This document shows positions 13,201 to 25,369 of a stretch of DNA of 64,000 nucleotides, piece after piece. The position numbers were made by a program, and so were the translations under genes. Numbering within the stretch: position 1 is the stretch's first letter; every line of letters begins with the position of its first letter. Below the pieces are notes generated by a model. The model was not told where the DNA came from. It saw only the letters and a program-made list of their open reading frames with translations, and did no database searches. The stretch is from Camelus ferus (taxonomy: Eukaryota): NCBI RefSeq assembly GCF_009834535.1, contig NC_045696.1, forward strand, positions 21,330,001 to 21,394,000. The letters run 5' to 3'.

Positions 13201-13960
13201 TCTTCGAAACCTGATTATAAAGCTCCCTTTGTTTGGGGCTTGATTCTACTCACAGATGTGGAGATGAATCCTAGTTCTGTGCCTTGGAAGTCAATTACGG
13301 TGACTGCATTTCAAATGCAACAGAATGCTTTTCCAAGGGATTAAGATGCATATGTTTGAGAGGAAAATAAATTTTGAGTTTCCATGGCTATAAAAGATGT
13401 GAAATGGTTAAGCTTTAAGTGCTATCATAGTAAGGTTTTCAAAAAGATCTGATGTTTTGTCAATATTGATTCAAGCTTCTGAGTGTCACTGGAGTAAAAA
13501 TAATAAAGTTCTGTTGCTGCAGGGACATGAAGGGAAAAAAGTGTGACTGATTCTTCCATTATCCAATGACAGCTATTATAAAGCAGAGAATAAAAATGGC
13601 AGTTAGATGCTTGGTCTAAAGGGGAAATATATGAGATTGTGTAAGGATTTAGTGAGTGGAGACAAAAGTCTAAAAATACAAGAGGAAAAGAAAATATTCA
13701 AAATCAAATATGTCCCCCTCCAAAAATAAGAATACTATATTCATTTTATTAAGGACAGCAAATAATATGGATTTTTCTTTCTTATAGTTATTTTCAAAGC
13801 CACACCTGAGTGTATTATAAGATGAAGATGTGGAATAATTTTACAAGTTACATTTTAAAAATAATTAGCGATAGAATAAATTTGAATAACCTTGTTTACC
13901 TGGAGACAATGCTAGAATTCAGCCTTGCTGAAAATTACATCATCTTCCATCTATTTTACA

Positions 13961-14040
13961 AACACACACACACACACACACACGCATACATACACACAGA
14001 TATTCTCTCTCTCTCTCTCTGTGTCTCTGTCTCTCTCTCT
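13961..14040. repeat. Compound (CA)n/(CT)n microsatellite
   Basis: Direct inspection. Confidence 0.9.
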
Positions 14041-14451
14041 TTATTTGTATGTGTTTATATGTCTCTGCAGTGAAGACAATTTACTCTTAACAAACTTTAT
14101 GGAATAAATGTTCCAATTTACTTTTGACAAACTTTATGGAATAAATGTTCCAGTTAGAGTAAAAATAAAGATAGATGTACAGATACATATACTTAAATAA
14201 AACTATTTAAAGATAGTTTAAAAAGCTATGCACATATAACATATAAAGATAAACCTAACAGAAGATAAATTTATATCATTTGTGAACAAGGATATTTTCA
14301 GTTGGATATTTAATACATTAACTAGGTTAGAGTCATGTATTTAGTTACAAATGTGTAATTTTTATTCTATGGGCTTAAAATGCAAGAAAGAGGAAAATAA
14401 AAGAGAATAAAAAAACACAAGAGTAACTTCACCTCTACTCCAGTTTGGAGA

Positions 14452-15003
14452 CATTTATTTATTCATTTTACGAATGTAAATGTAACACCCACTGTAAAAG
14501 ACACTATAAGATATTACAGATAAAATAAGCATCATGCTCTCATGGAGATGACAGTCTAATAGGGAAAATCGATGTTCAATAAATGAAGGCAAGGGTTTCA
14601 AGAAGTGCAGTAGCCGCTGGAATAGCCTTTAACTAGTCTTGAAAATCAGATGTTAGGTAGAGAAAGATTACTAGAGAAAAAAATTAGCAAGTGTTAACCA
14701 GAAAAAAGTGGGAAGAGCACTTCAAGAACGAAAAAACGGCAAGGTCAAGTAACTGAGGCAGGAAATAGAAAAATCCATTTGAGGAAATGAAAGTAGCCCG
14801 GCATTGGATGGCTCTTAAATTTCAAGGGAGAAAGAAACACAAATCGAGTCTGAAGAAAGAGACAAGAGTCAAAGAATATTAGAAAATGATGTTTAGAGTT
14901 TAGCATTTCTCTTAAGGGCAAAGGGGAAACATGGAATTATACTAGGCAGCAAATCCACATGAACAGATCATTGCTTTTAACAAAACCACTCTGGCTCCAG
15001 TGC
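14452..15003 (-). mobile_element. L2 3' region fragment
   Basis: catttatttattcatt start (L2 tail), catgctctcatggagatgacagtctaataggg, ...cttttaacaaaaccactctggctccagtg. Confidence 0.7.
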
Positions 15004-16834
15004 GTATTAATAAACTAAAAGGGGGCCAAGCATTCACTGAATTTCTTATTGGTGAACTGTGCTCACATTAGCAAAGTCCGTAGATATGATTTGGAATCAA
15101 GCTGCTCTAGAATTTGCATTCATTCTCACTATTCTTTCTGATCTTCCTGACACTGAGTTGGATGTCAGTTGCTATTTCTCAAGATGTTTATGGAACTGCT
15201 TTCTTATTGGAGAATGACAAAGTAAAATAGTGCTTTATCCTCTACCTGTAACAAAAATAGAAAAGTAAAGCTGTACCAAAACACTCATATATTTTGAGAA
15301 AGGTGAGTGAAGAATATTGATATGTGATTAACATTCAAAACAAACTTTGTACATTGCGTATACAGTGAAAACAGGTATTTGGGGATCATTACAGTTGACT
15401 TTGTAAATTACCTGTCTGAATCATTTGGATTTTTAATCCTGATATTCATAGGGACGTCTGACTACATAGAGGAGGAGGGAGATGGGATAATATGCGGGAG
15501 AGATGACTGCATGGGGACATTTGTTGTTGATGTTTATTTTTTTCTTTCTACAAACAGTAGACCCTGTTGAAATGATTATGGAATAAAACCAGGTGAGATA
15601 GTAAAGTTGAAGTAGGAAGAGGAAAATTATACAAGTTCTAAAGAAAGATGGAAGGGTTGGGATTCAGGGAATAAATGGATGAGTTGGTAGAAGGAAGAAA
15701 ACTTCATCTATCATAAGGGAATTGGGATCCCATGATCTTAATAATTACTCAGTTACTGAGTAATCTGTAACTTTAACTTTTCTTACCATTGGTCAGGAAT
15801 TATCTTGAATTTATCTTCTTTCACTCTTATATTATTTTTTCTCTCAGAAATACCTTCAAACTTTATCCATGTACTTTGGATCAGATATGCATGTATAAAT
15901 TACCTTATCTTTCTCCCTGGGAAAACTGATTTTACCCATGACTAATCTCTTAAAATTCTAGTCAAGATATTTCACTGAAGTTCACTTTTTATTAATGGAA
16001 ATCTTACAATTATCTAATTTATTAAGAATAACAGTTTTTCTGTTTTGTCTGAAACTTTCTATGTAATGAGTGATTTGAGCTAATAGTGCTGAGATTTCGT
16101 ATATTAAATGGCTACAACATCAACATTTCATACACATGGACAAGTATTGCTAAATAAATTAAGGGATAAAATACTAGCAATATGAGCTATTCTTTGCTAA
16201 CTGGAGTTAGAGATTAACTTTCTGATTCTACCTTTGAAAAAATTATAGTGAACTACTCATAGAAGCAAAACTTGAGTATCTAAGTATACTAGTTAAATGG
16301 TGCATCATTTCAGAATATAACTCCTTTGTGCTATTTGATTTTATCTCCACACAAAAACCTTTTACTTGTGTACATTTTCTGCACAGAGTTTTTAACTTAC
16401 TGCCCTAGAGTAAGAACCACCAAGGTAATGTCGTTCAGCACAGACCACTGTCCTTGAATAGGGTTGGTTTCTAACGTCAGTGCCTCTTGTCTCCACTCCC
16501 TCATTCTGGAGGAAACTCCCATTCTCGGGAGTGACTTTGTCACCCTTGTTGGGGTGGCTTGGTCCTCATTCTGTCTCAGATCATTATCACAGTGTGGCTG
16601 CAGCCATTCTAGGCATCTTCTTCTGGCAAGGCAGAAACTGATCATCTCCACAGTACCTGCTACATGGATGTCAGAATGGGAAAAAAAGTTCAAATCATTC
16701 CACAACAAACTTCTTCTTCATTTACATTAACCAACACCGAATCCCATGCTGCCTGTATAACCCAATGGTAGTGATTAGAAAATAGGCATCTTTCCAAAGA
16801 GGAGTAATATCTGCCTCATATCACATTGATCTCC

Positions 16835-17447
16835 ATATTGATTCAGGCCACACTGTCTATTTTAACAAACAAACCAAAGATATACAATAGAAAAAGAAAC
16901 AATAGAAGTCACCTCCTTCACACCTAATAATACTCAGTTTTCCACAAGTGAGGGGGTGCTCTGTTGGATGCAAATAGTGTCAAACCGTGGTTCCTAGACC
17001 AACAGCATCCTTATCACCTGGGAGCTAGTTATACACGCAAGTTCCCAGATCCTACCCAGGTCGAATGCACGAGAAACCCCAGTAATCTGTGACTGAACAA
17101 GCTCTTTGGGTGATTCTGATGAGCACACTATTTGAGAACCACCACTTTATGCTGTCATTTGGGAAGAGAGACTGATGGAGGCTTTGCCCATATCAACATA
17201 TGACTCCCAAGGTCAGCACAGTAATCAACCAGTTGATGGGAAGGCAGTCAGCCTAGAGAAGCATGAGGGGGAGATGTCCTAGACCAAAACCTGGGGTCAG
17301 CACATATATCTTCCATTCATTTTCATCAGTTAAATCTTGGTCACATGGCCACACACAAAAGGGAGGCAGAATAGGAAATATAGTTGTGCTGTGTCTTCAG
17401 GGAGAAGAATAAGCATGTTTTGGTAAGAAGTTAACAGTCTTTTCTAC
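16835..17447 (-). mobile_element. MLT1K-type LTR interrupted by MER5A
   Basis: Halves 16835-16971 and 17145-17447 are colinear with antisense MLT1K (gactgatggaggctttgccc, ggtcacatggccac, ggaaatatagttgtgctgtg, cagtcttttctaca). Confidence 0.65.
16972..17144. mobile_element. MER5A (hAT-Charlie MITE)
   Basis: gtggttcctagaccaacagcatccttatcacctgggagctagtta...aacaagctctttgggtgattctgatg...tttgagaaccac. Confidence 0.85.
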
Positions 17448-17454
17448 AAGCTCC

Positions 17455-17855
17455 CTCTCCTAACTCTGAACACACTGAACTTTATTCACATTCTATGGTG
17501 TCTTACTCCATCCTGCTACAAGGTTTCTACCTGTGCTATTCTTATGTTCTCACTAATTCTTCACTCTTGCCATTTTTTAAATTACTACTATCCTCCAGAT
17601 CCCATCTCAAATAGCATTTCTTTAGGGAAGCAACTATATTATATCCTCTTGTTGCATACGCTCACACATGTGCTGTTCTCTGTTATGATAATAGTTATGA
17701 CTTGATGTTACGTCTTTGTTTATACATATTTAGATTATGATGTGTCTTCTTTACTTGAAACTTAGGTCCGGATCTGGTTTTAATCACCTAATATCATTAC
17801 AGATAATACATTACCTGGAAATATTAGAAACAATAAGTTCGTTCTGATGAATACA
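17455..17855 (+). mobile_element. L2 3' fragment
   Basis: tcctccagatcccatctcaaatagcatttctttagggaagc...caataagttcgttctgatgaat. Confidence 0.55.
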
Positions 17856-20800
17856 TTTTAAGGATACACATACAGTCATATGTGTATATTTGAGTTAGAA
17901 TTGGCTGTGTGTGTCTTATATGGCTGAAGACATTTAGATGGAATTATTTTCATAAAAATGAAAAAAAAATGGAAAAGTTTAGTTTGCTTATACCAAAATT
18001 AGAAATAGTATAATATATAAATGGCAATGGCCACTTTTGTTCTATATACTCTGTATTATTTTGCCTTTAAATTATCTCCTTATTAGCAATTCTCTTCTCC
18101 ATTTTTCATGATTAAAAAAAGCAGCTGTGCTTTAAAGCTCCTCTCGTTCTATTTGCATCCCCTATTGAGATAGGGATAGCTGAAAACAAGTTTGCCTTGG
18201 AAAAGAACATTTAATCCTGATGTGAAGGAGAGAATAGTGAGGGCATTTAATGCTAAGGCATGGAGACCAATTCAGAATTTGAGATATTAATTTATACCAT
18301 CTCTTTAGGAGGTTTTTATGCCCCATTCCTGGGCTCCCATTTCTCTGAATCTTGATATTTATAACAAATAGGATGAATGATGTCCAACAGTCAGAAACAC
18401 AATTCCCTATAAATTTGTATCTGACTTAAAATTGGGGTTGTTTCTGATGTTTAACAGTGCCTCTCTAAATGTTCAGCTGCAAATCCTGAATACTAAGAAG
18501 CCAGAAACATAGCAAGACTTGTTATAATCATCACACACAATGGAAATATAAACTTGAGAAAGGTCAGACTTATAGAGGAAGACTGCTATTTTTCAGGCAT
18601 GTAAGTCACTTTGACTTATTATCTCATTTCGTAACAAAGATAGTACATGAATTCCAAATGATTGGGGATGAGTTTCCTATCAAGATGATGCTCCAACTAA
18701 TTAACCCATCCTCACTGTAATTTTAAACCTATCATCTGTGGGTTATTTGATACCCTTCACAGGTTATGTGGAAAGGGAAGAAATGTCAGCCTATATTTAT
18801 GTTCTAACAAAAGGTGCTGGAAAAAAAAAGCTATGACACAATCAGTACTTTCATTAGTTACTTTTTTCTGTTCGCAAAACTTTCCAAAGAAGTGTGAATT
18901 AATGTTTATAGAAATGAAAATATTAACCACATGAAACAGACAGTTTTATGATATTGCCTACCTGCTCATGCATCAAACCAACAGAAAGCAATTTATAATT
19001 TTCTAGCTATATTATATCTTAGTCACAGCCACCAAACGTTTGAGCTTCATTGAAAGTGGCTACTGGAGCCATAATTTTGGTCACAGCCTATGCTACAATG
19101 ATTGACAGGTAAAATTGGATGTTTTACTGTGAAAGTCTCAATCTGTTTAGGTCAAGCAAATGAATGTATCGACCAATTGAGATTTGAGTAACCATAGTTT
19201 TATATCCATGCATCAATCTGATGCTCTGTAGTGAGTCTAGAGTCAAAGGGGAATTTTTTTTCTACATAATTCTATTTTCTATGCTTGTTTGAATGTAGCC
19301 TATCCTGGTAGATTGGACAGGAAAAAAGGAGTATATCAGGAAATATCAAGGGATGCAGTTTTCCAGATGACATTATGCTATGCCTGTAAAGGTAAATTTC
19401 CCTGAACTACGACAGAAAGCAATTTGTTGTCTCAACCATTTTGTTAAACTTCATTTAAATTACCCTTGATGCATCCCAAATGTATCTTCACACATTTGAT
19501 TTTTGTACTGTGAAACATTAGCATCGTTTGTGCAACTTTTTGTTTGCTGTCCAGTTTGTTTTAACTAAATCTTTCAGGTACTCATAAGAACATAGTACAC
19601 TCTTTACTTTCGTTTTCATATCTTCTTTCGTTATCTTGGGATTTTGTGTTCGTAAGATGGGAAAGGTGTTATAAATATATTTACATGTGAAGATAGTGGT
19701 TATTTTCTGGGGGTCCAGAAAAATGGAGAAATTTTTTAAATACAAAAAAAAGATAAAAAGCATTACAGAAAGCATATGGTAAATATGGAGTGTGGATGAG
19801 TACATGTAAGTCTGTTGAACAAATAGAATAGCATTTGAAAAGCCTGAATAGTTTTCAGAGCCATGTCAAATAAACACAATAAATAGTGTGTGCATGTATG
19901 TGCGTGCATGGGTCTACATTTAAGTCAAATCATCTTATAATTTTTTGGTGCCTTCAGACTACTCATTTATTTATTATTTCAGTCTTTTTCTACATTAAAC
20001 AGACCTGAAGGACCTTAATTGTGGCTATGATAAATAAAAAATAAAATCAGTTATTAATATAAAATACAGTTATTAATTCCAAATAAGCTTCATTTTATTT
20101 ATGTTAGGGATGTTTGTAGATTTTATTCTTAATTGATCATATATTTTCAATCCAAGGTAAGAGACTATTCCACAAAATTACTTGAAATTCTACAAATTTA
20201 ATTGTCTTTACAAATCTAAGGGGAAAGCAGTGACCTCTATTTTTTTCCCCATGGACCTCATTCACGTGATTTAAAGAAACAATATTTTACAAGCTTAACT
20301 ATGAGACTGAGATTCTTCTTGACTTGGAAATGTATACTGAGATGAGACTACGTTGAAAATAACAGACCATAGACTGGACTAGTTAAGTGATTACAATGGG
20401 GACTGCGCAAACAGAGACCATGATATGAGTACAAGAGAGAATAGCATAGCATTCGAATGACTGTATTTTATTTAGTATATCTCTGTTGAAATAGCACCTC
20501 TTCCCTACTGTTGTGAAAGAGAAATCCTTGTTATCTACCATCAAAATCAAAAGAGGCATTTTTATATGTCAGAAGTTGCCACTTTTTTTCCTTCACTGTT
20601 AAAAGCCATCTACTGTAACATGGAGCAAAATCTTTAAGCTTTCTAACACTCCTCTGGGCTCCCTCCAAAAAGCAATTTATATCAGCTGCCAAGGTCATTA
20701 AGGAAACGGGTCAAAATGCAGGTGGGAAATGCAACCCTGTTGGGTAGCGTCTTACTGCTTCCATTTATCAGCAACCTCAAGGTCATATCAATGGTGTTGA

Positions 20801-21126
20801 GTATTAAACTTTGATTTTCCAAGAATCCTGTGGCAAATTGCCGACTTGGGATGATATAAAATATATTAGAAATATATGTTTGCAAGAATATTTCTTATAC
20901 ATGTGTGTAAATATTTTGATCATAATATATGAATTTATTTCAAAAACAATATGAATTCAAATTTTTTTTCTGCAAAATAATGTTGCAGCATGTTGCATAC
21001 TCACGGCAATAAGACTTTTCTTCCACTCATTGATTTCTAATATTCTGAGTTTCTTTTGGAAAATTACTGAAATTACTGACCTATCTTCCATGTGCCCAAT
21101 ATAGTGAGTTCCTGGTAGGGAAGAAA

Positions 21127-21127
<1 letters not shown>

Positions 21128-21166
<39 letters not shown>

Positions 21167-21180
21167 CACACACACACACA
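21128..21180. repeat. (CA)n microsatellite
   Basis: Near-perfect CA run with one ccc interruption. Confidence 0.95.
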
Positions 21181-21691
21181 GAGTCACATATACTAGATTT
21201 TTCTGGAAGGCCTGCAGTAATGCTTTCAAGGCCTGAGACTATGTGCTGGGAACATTAGGGCTTGGTAGAGACAATATCCTTCTTGTTGAATGGACAGCCC
21301 TGACCAAATCAAGTTTCTAAAATTACTGCCAGATCTCTCTAGAGTGGAGACATTCAAATGGATCTCTCTTATAATTATTTTTCCTTTTGTCTTTTTGATT
21401 CCCTCATTAATACTCTGCCAATATACATCTCACCTTGTTGGCTCCCAGACCACTCTAGTAAAAGCCCACCTGGGCCAGTCTCTCACTTGGGCATTATTCC
21501 TTCTTCTTCCCAGTCTTCCTGCTCTCAGCTCATTCCCACCTCCACACCCTGCTTACAAGAAAAGTTAAAGACACACAGACTTACACATATATGGTTTCAG
21601 TCCATGCCCTTGAATAAGCTAGTATGTACTGGTGACAACCCTCCTTCCAAAAAAATCATGGACCTTAATTCAAATAAAAATATTCAAGCCC

Positions 21692-21870
21692 AGATTGAAG
21701 AGGTGCAAACAATTAGGTATAAAATAAAGTTAAAAGGATACAACACAGGGATTATTTCCAATACTTTACAATAACTATAAATGGAGTATAAGCTTTAAAA
21801 ATTGTGACTCATTATATTGTACTTCTATAACTTACATAATATTGTAAAACAGATATACTTTAATTAAATA
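21692..21870 (+). mobile_element. Short L1 3'-end fragment (laurasiatherian type)
   Basis: gaggtgcaaacaattaggtataaaataa...caacacagggattatttccaatactttacaataactataaatggagtataagctttaaaaattgtga...atactttaatt, followed by a TA-rich tail. Confidence 0.8.
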
Positions 21871-22149
21871 TATATTTATATATATATAATATATATTTGT
21901 ATTTCTTAGTGTGTACCATTAAGGAAGACAGATTTTTATACTTAAATTTTAGAAGATCAGCTATTTGATTAAAAGGTGAAAGGGATTATTTTGCTGAATT
22001 ACAACATTACAAAAGTCAAAATAAAGATAAATTTGTATAATTGCCTAAAACTTAAAACCTGTGAAATGGAATCTCAGGCAGGAAAAAACAAAACAAAACA
22101 AAACATTTAACAAGACACAGAGGCATTAAGTTGCATAGGATGTCTAAAA

Positions 22150-22630
22150 GAAAGGTACTGTGGTCGCAGGTAGTTGGGAAGGAGTGTCAGTGGTAGGATA
22201 TGTCGTTAGATTTCTCTGCGAAGCTGTCACCAAGGTGGAATTGAACAATGATGAGATTTATTACAGGCTAAAGAGTTAGAAAGCAGAAACAGATGCAGTG
22301 AGCCATCCACCACCTGTGAAAGAAAAAGAAAGACGGAAAGGAGGTGCATTGGGCAGAAAGAGCCTTAGACTGTAGCAAACTATGAAAAAGACTTAGGCAA
22401 ACTGAGGAAGTGTCTCCAGTGAAAGATGACCTATTTGTGGAGTCCTGCTCAAGCAGCAGTGGTCTGGATTTTATGCTCCTCATTGTGCTGCAGGCAGACC
22501 AGGAAAAACATGGCTTTAGGATGAAAGTTGATGATGAACCAAGGTTGAATTTGTCAGTGGCTTTGAGTTGAATATACTCATCACAGCAGCTTCTTTTAAA
22601 GGGAGATCTGAGCAGGATGCCACACATGGC
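22150..22630 (-). mobile_element. Old ERVL-class LTR (LTR40/LTR41-like), degraded
   Basis: Terminal cagcagcttcttttaaagggagatctgagcaggatgccacaca resembles the antisense 5' end of this LTR group; the left boundary is uncertain. Confidence 0.4.
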
Positions 22631-22841
22631 TTGGAGTGTCTGTAAACACTTGGCTGAGATTTCCAGATCAAATATTAAAATGTTACATTGAAGCTAGTAA
22701 AATATTTAACCATTCTATGCTACCATTCTATGCTACCATTTAATACGTGGCCCTGTTGGTTTTTTAGTGAAAGAAACTTTACACAAGCTCTCAACTTTTA
22801 TTACTATTGTTGTTTTTTATTCTATTGAGTTGTGTGAGGGC

Positions 22842-22943
22842 TTTTTTTTGTTTGTTTTGTTTTTTAATGGAGATAATGGGGATTGAACCCAGGACCTCGT
22901 GCATGCTAAGCATGTGCTCTACCACTGAGTTATGCCAACCCCC
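22842..22943 (-). mobile_element. Camelid tRNA-Ala-derived SINE (Vic-1 type), short form
   Basis: Reverse complement GGGGGTTGGCATAACTCAGTGGTAGAGCACATGCTTAGCATGCACGAGGTCCTGGGTTCAATCCCCATTATCTCCA plus an A-rich tail; tRNA-Ala(AGC)-like with pol III A and B boxes. Confidence 0.9.
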
Positions 22944-24700
22944 TAAAATCTCAGTTCTTTTTACAATTGTAAACATCGCAGTCTTTACTCATGGAGCTAT
23001 TTCATTTGACAAAGAATGACGAAGATAAGAAGTAGAGACATCTTTCAACACTTGTTTTCAGTGAATGGGTTTAAATTCCCTGCAAATTGACCTCGATGGA
23101 TATTTTCTATCTCAAATCTTAGCAGCACTGCAAAGGAAATTTATAGCTTCGTTATAAATTGTATTCATCATTCTCTGAGTGCCTTTGTATTTTTGCTCGT
23201 AATATTTTTACAAACACAGTGTATCTTCTTCAGTTGAAGAAATCAGAAAATTTTACAACTTTTGTGAAGTGTTCCTGGATTTCCCTGGATTATCAGAATT
23301 TAACATATCTTTCTCTGCATCCAAGTCATATTTTTCTTATGTCCCTTACATGTATATTTTACACATGCATGTCTTTTTTACTAGAAGTTTGGCCTTATTT
23401 CTTGAAATTATTTTGAAGACTGAAAATACAGCATGTGGATATTCTTTATCTTAGGCTACTTGGAATAAACTAGAAAATATAAATGTTTCAATGAAAAGTC
23501 ATGTTCCAAGAAATACTAATCAAGGGTCCATAATGACTCAGAAAAATCATTATTTAAAAATATCTCAAAAATTTACCTTGTCTGATTGAAACCTGTGCTG
23601 CAATAATTATGTTGTAGTAATTAACAACACAGGGATTATCGGGAACTGTCATTTATGGGTTGATTTTTTGACCCTTATTTTCCATGAGATTATCTCTGTG
23701 AAAAAAAAATTTAGAGTGACTAATGGATTTGGTAATATTGAGGTGTTCTGTGACTTGTGTAAGAGTTAGTCTCAGTGAAGAGGTAAGGACCGAAACCTGA
23801 TTGAAGTGTATTAAGCTGGAAGCTGTCAATCATGACAATGAACCTGAACTAGAAAAGCTCCAGAGAGAACCTACTATGGACTAAGCATACAAATGCACTC
23901 AAAGCAAGAGAAAACAAAAGAAACTACAAGTTACGAAAAAAAGAGTAAGACATTTCATGAAAAAGATTTACCATTAGATGATGAAATCTGCTGTATTTTG
24001 GCTAGAATTAGATAACAATGTAAGAGGTGCAGAGGGTGAATTAATCGGGATTTCAACGGAGATCAGAGACTTGAGAAGACTTTGCGCAGGAATTTAGCAT
24101 CATTTCACGGTTGGATGCCATGAATTTAAGTACAGGCAATGTGCACATTTTGTAGAGAGCCTGTATGGAACACAGACAGCCCATGATCTAAGCATTTGTC
24201 ACAGACTGCATCGTTAGGCCCTCTAGAAATGAATGCAACACTTTTGAAGATTCCAAATGTGAAAATTAAGCAGAAAAATTATCTTTAGCCCATTGCTTAT
24301 TGTTGTGATTTGTTTGTTTTCTCTGTTCAAGATAGTTTGAATTGAATTATTTTCTGCTTTCCAGTGAAAGGAGAAAGAAAAGTGAATCTTATATGGAATT
24401 ATGAAAATATGGACAAATTGTATTTGTAAAACTTGTCGTGACTCAATTTCTCTAACCAAAATAGCAAGTGTGGTGCCTAATTTCCTAAAAATAATGTCTA
24501 CCTTAACATCCAGATAGAACATGCCTGACTTTTAAGTCAAATGCTAGTTCTAATCCTAATGCTCTCTCATTATTACAAGTAGGAGCAAAGAAAACGATAT
24601 CTGGCCCAATTTAAGTCATGTCCTTAATCCCCCAGTAAAAGAGGGAGGCACCTTATATTTGAACATTTTACATTATAAGACACACTCTTGTTTACTTTTC

Positions 24701-25007
24701 TTTTTTTAAATATACTTATTGGGTTATAATTTATGACCATAAATTTATTCATTTAAATTGTAAAATCTTTAGCATATTTACAAAGTTGCACAGCCATTAC
24801 CATAATCTTATGTTTGAATATTTTCATCATACCCCAAAATAAACCTTGCATCCATGAGCAGTCACTTTTCATCACATCGCCCCACTCTCTCTCAAGCCCC
24901 GCCCTTGAATCCCATTCTAAGCAACTCAGTAACCTAATTATTACCTCTGGAGACACTGCCTTGTGTATACACTGGATAGATCATCTAAATGGAATTACAC
25001 AATCTGT
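24701..25007 (-). mobile_element. L1MB-type 3' end fragment
   Basis: T tail, then catatttacaaagttgcacagccattacc, ttgaatattttcatcataccccaaaataaacc, aaatggaattacacaat. Confidence 0.8.
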
Positions 25008-25369
25008 TTAAGCATTGTCTTAATTCTATGGGAATGGAAATTTTTGGCTTAGATTGCTAATATTTGATATTTTGCCACCGTGGGAGTTGCTTATAAGTGG
25101 CATGATAGTTTGCCACTTTCTTTAAAATATTTACAGCATTACAGCTCATATTTATATAATACATATCAATTATACTTTACATCAGTTGTTTTCCAGTATG
25201 AGGCTTTGGGGTTAAATCATCCCAATGATATTTCTTTCAGATCCAATGGGGAAAAAAAAAGTAATGTTTCCAGGTTATTATCTGAGTTAAAAAAGAAAAT
25301 TACTCATTGTTTACTGTTGATTAAAGAATGAAAACACAAAATAATCCTCACAAATTAGACTCGACCTGT

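Noticed and set aside
4548..14150. Two repeats with 37-bp period, superficially CRISPR-like
   Set aside because: Only two copies each, unrelated sequences, eukaryotic context and no cas genes.
21290..21774. Longest ORF (138 aa) and an overlapping 92-aa ORF
   Set aside because: No recognisable domain; it runs into an L1 3' UTR fragment and lacks convincing splice signals.
22868..22943. Functional tRNA-Ala gene
   Set aside because: The acceptor stem is disrupted, it has an A-rich tail, and a second related copy with a TSD is present: it is a SINE.
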